DNA from: Bilabrum cf. latius
Lineage: Eukaryota
Length of the DNA: 64,000 nt
Direction: 5' to 3'
Assembly: GCA_965178125.1 (NCBI GenBank)
Contig: OZ237735.1
Coordinates: 1,302,001-1,366,000, forward strand
The notes under the pieces were generated by a model that was not told the DNA's origin, did not search any database, and was given only the letters and a program-made list of their open reading frames with translations. The first letter of the stretch is position 1. Each line of letters begins with the position of its first letter. The translations under genes and the position numbers were made by a program. Shown one piece after another: positions 63,701 through 64,000 of the stretch.

Positions 63701-64000
63701 TCAGTCAGCCCACACGAGCTCGTCGCTATCCCCGTGGCCATCTCCGGCATCTACCGACGACAGGTCGGGGGGATCGCTCACTCCCACTCGGAACGGCTTG
63801 AATCCGAACGTGCGATGACGAACCAAGGACTGCGACAAATCTCCGGCAGTTCCAGTTCCGTCAATTGGCGGGGTACCGCTCCTCTGATTGCGCTGTTGCG
63901 TGATTTGGTTGTGCATCCCGCGCACGCGGCGGATTGCTGCAGCTACCGAGTCAGCGCCGACAGTTATGCCATTCCGATTCCGAGTCGATGCGACCCCGGA
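63701..64000 (-). CDS. 3' end of a hypothetical protein running off the window
   Basis: Frame open from 64000 to TGA at 63703-63701, immediately followed by TAA. No family recognised. Confidence 0.5.
   Translation of the reverse strand, partial: SGVASTRNRNGITVGADSVAAAIRRVRGMHNQITQQRNQRSGTPPIDGTGTAGDLSQSLVRHRTFGFKPFRVGVSDPPDLSSVDAGDGHGDSDELVWAD

Noticed and set aside
1-64000. Cluster of pseudogenes or sequencing errors as the cause of ORF fragmentation
   Set aside because: Interruptions are TAG only, frames are preserved over many kb, essential genes (CDC40, RPAP1) are affected, and TAG falls on conserved Gln.
1-64000. Code-15 bacteriophage, or archaeal/bacterial pyrrolysine (UAG=Pyl) usage
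   Set aside because: Spliceosomal introns and eukaryote-specific genes are present, the motifs point to Gln, and no pyl genes are seen.
1-64000. Ciliate-type code 6 (TAA and TAG both Gln)
   Set aside because: No in-frame TAA was seen in the coding frames I read, and TAA ends the lipase gene. Caveat: this rests on a single TAA terminus in a GC-rich window.

Overview
This is gene-dense, GC-rich eukaryotic nuclear DNA with short GT-AG spliceosomal introns, probably from a flagellated protist (a stramenopile/bicosoecid-like origin is only an impression). The main result is that the window does not use the standard genetic code. The fragmented ORF track collapses into about 14 intact genes once TAG is read as a sense codon. 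Conserved-motif positions (BEACH, LMF, RPAP1, CDC40) and internal repeats of a cadherin protein show TAG = Gln. TGA (13 gene ends) and TAA (1 gene end) remain stops, so UAG and UAA are decoupled, as in NCBI table 15. Genes in order: partial hypothetical protein, SHIPPO/PG-repeat axonemal protein, TMEM181/Wntless-like multipass domain fused to a class-3 lipase, lipase maturation factor, CDC40/PRP17, a 61-aa tail-anchored microprotein missed by the ORF track, a degenerate aldo-keto reductase, an RRM protein, M17 aminopeptidase, a ~4000-aa PH-BEACH-WD40 protein with a FYVE finger inside its PH domain, RPAP1, a ~5650-aa CUB/Cys-rich/~21-cadherin/IPT/multipass receptor, a GH2 glycosidase, and a partial gene at the right edge. 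Family calls come from remembered motifs, not database searches. I read most but not every inter-ORF gap for in-frame TAA/TGA.
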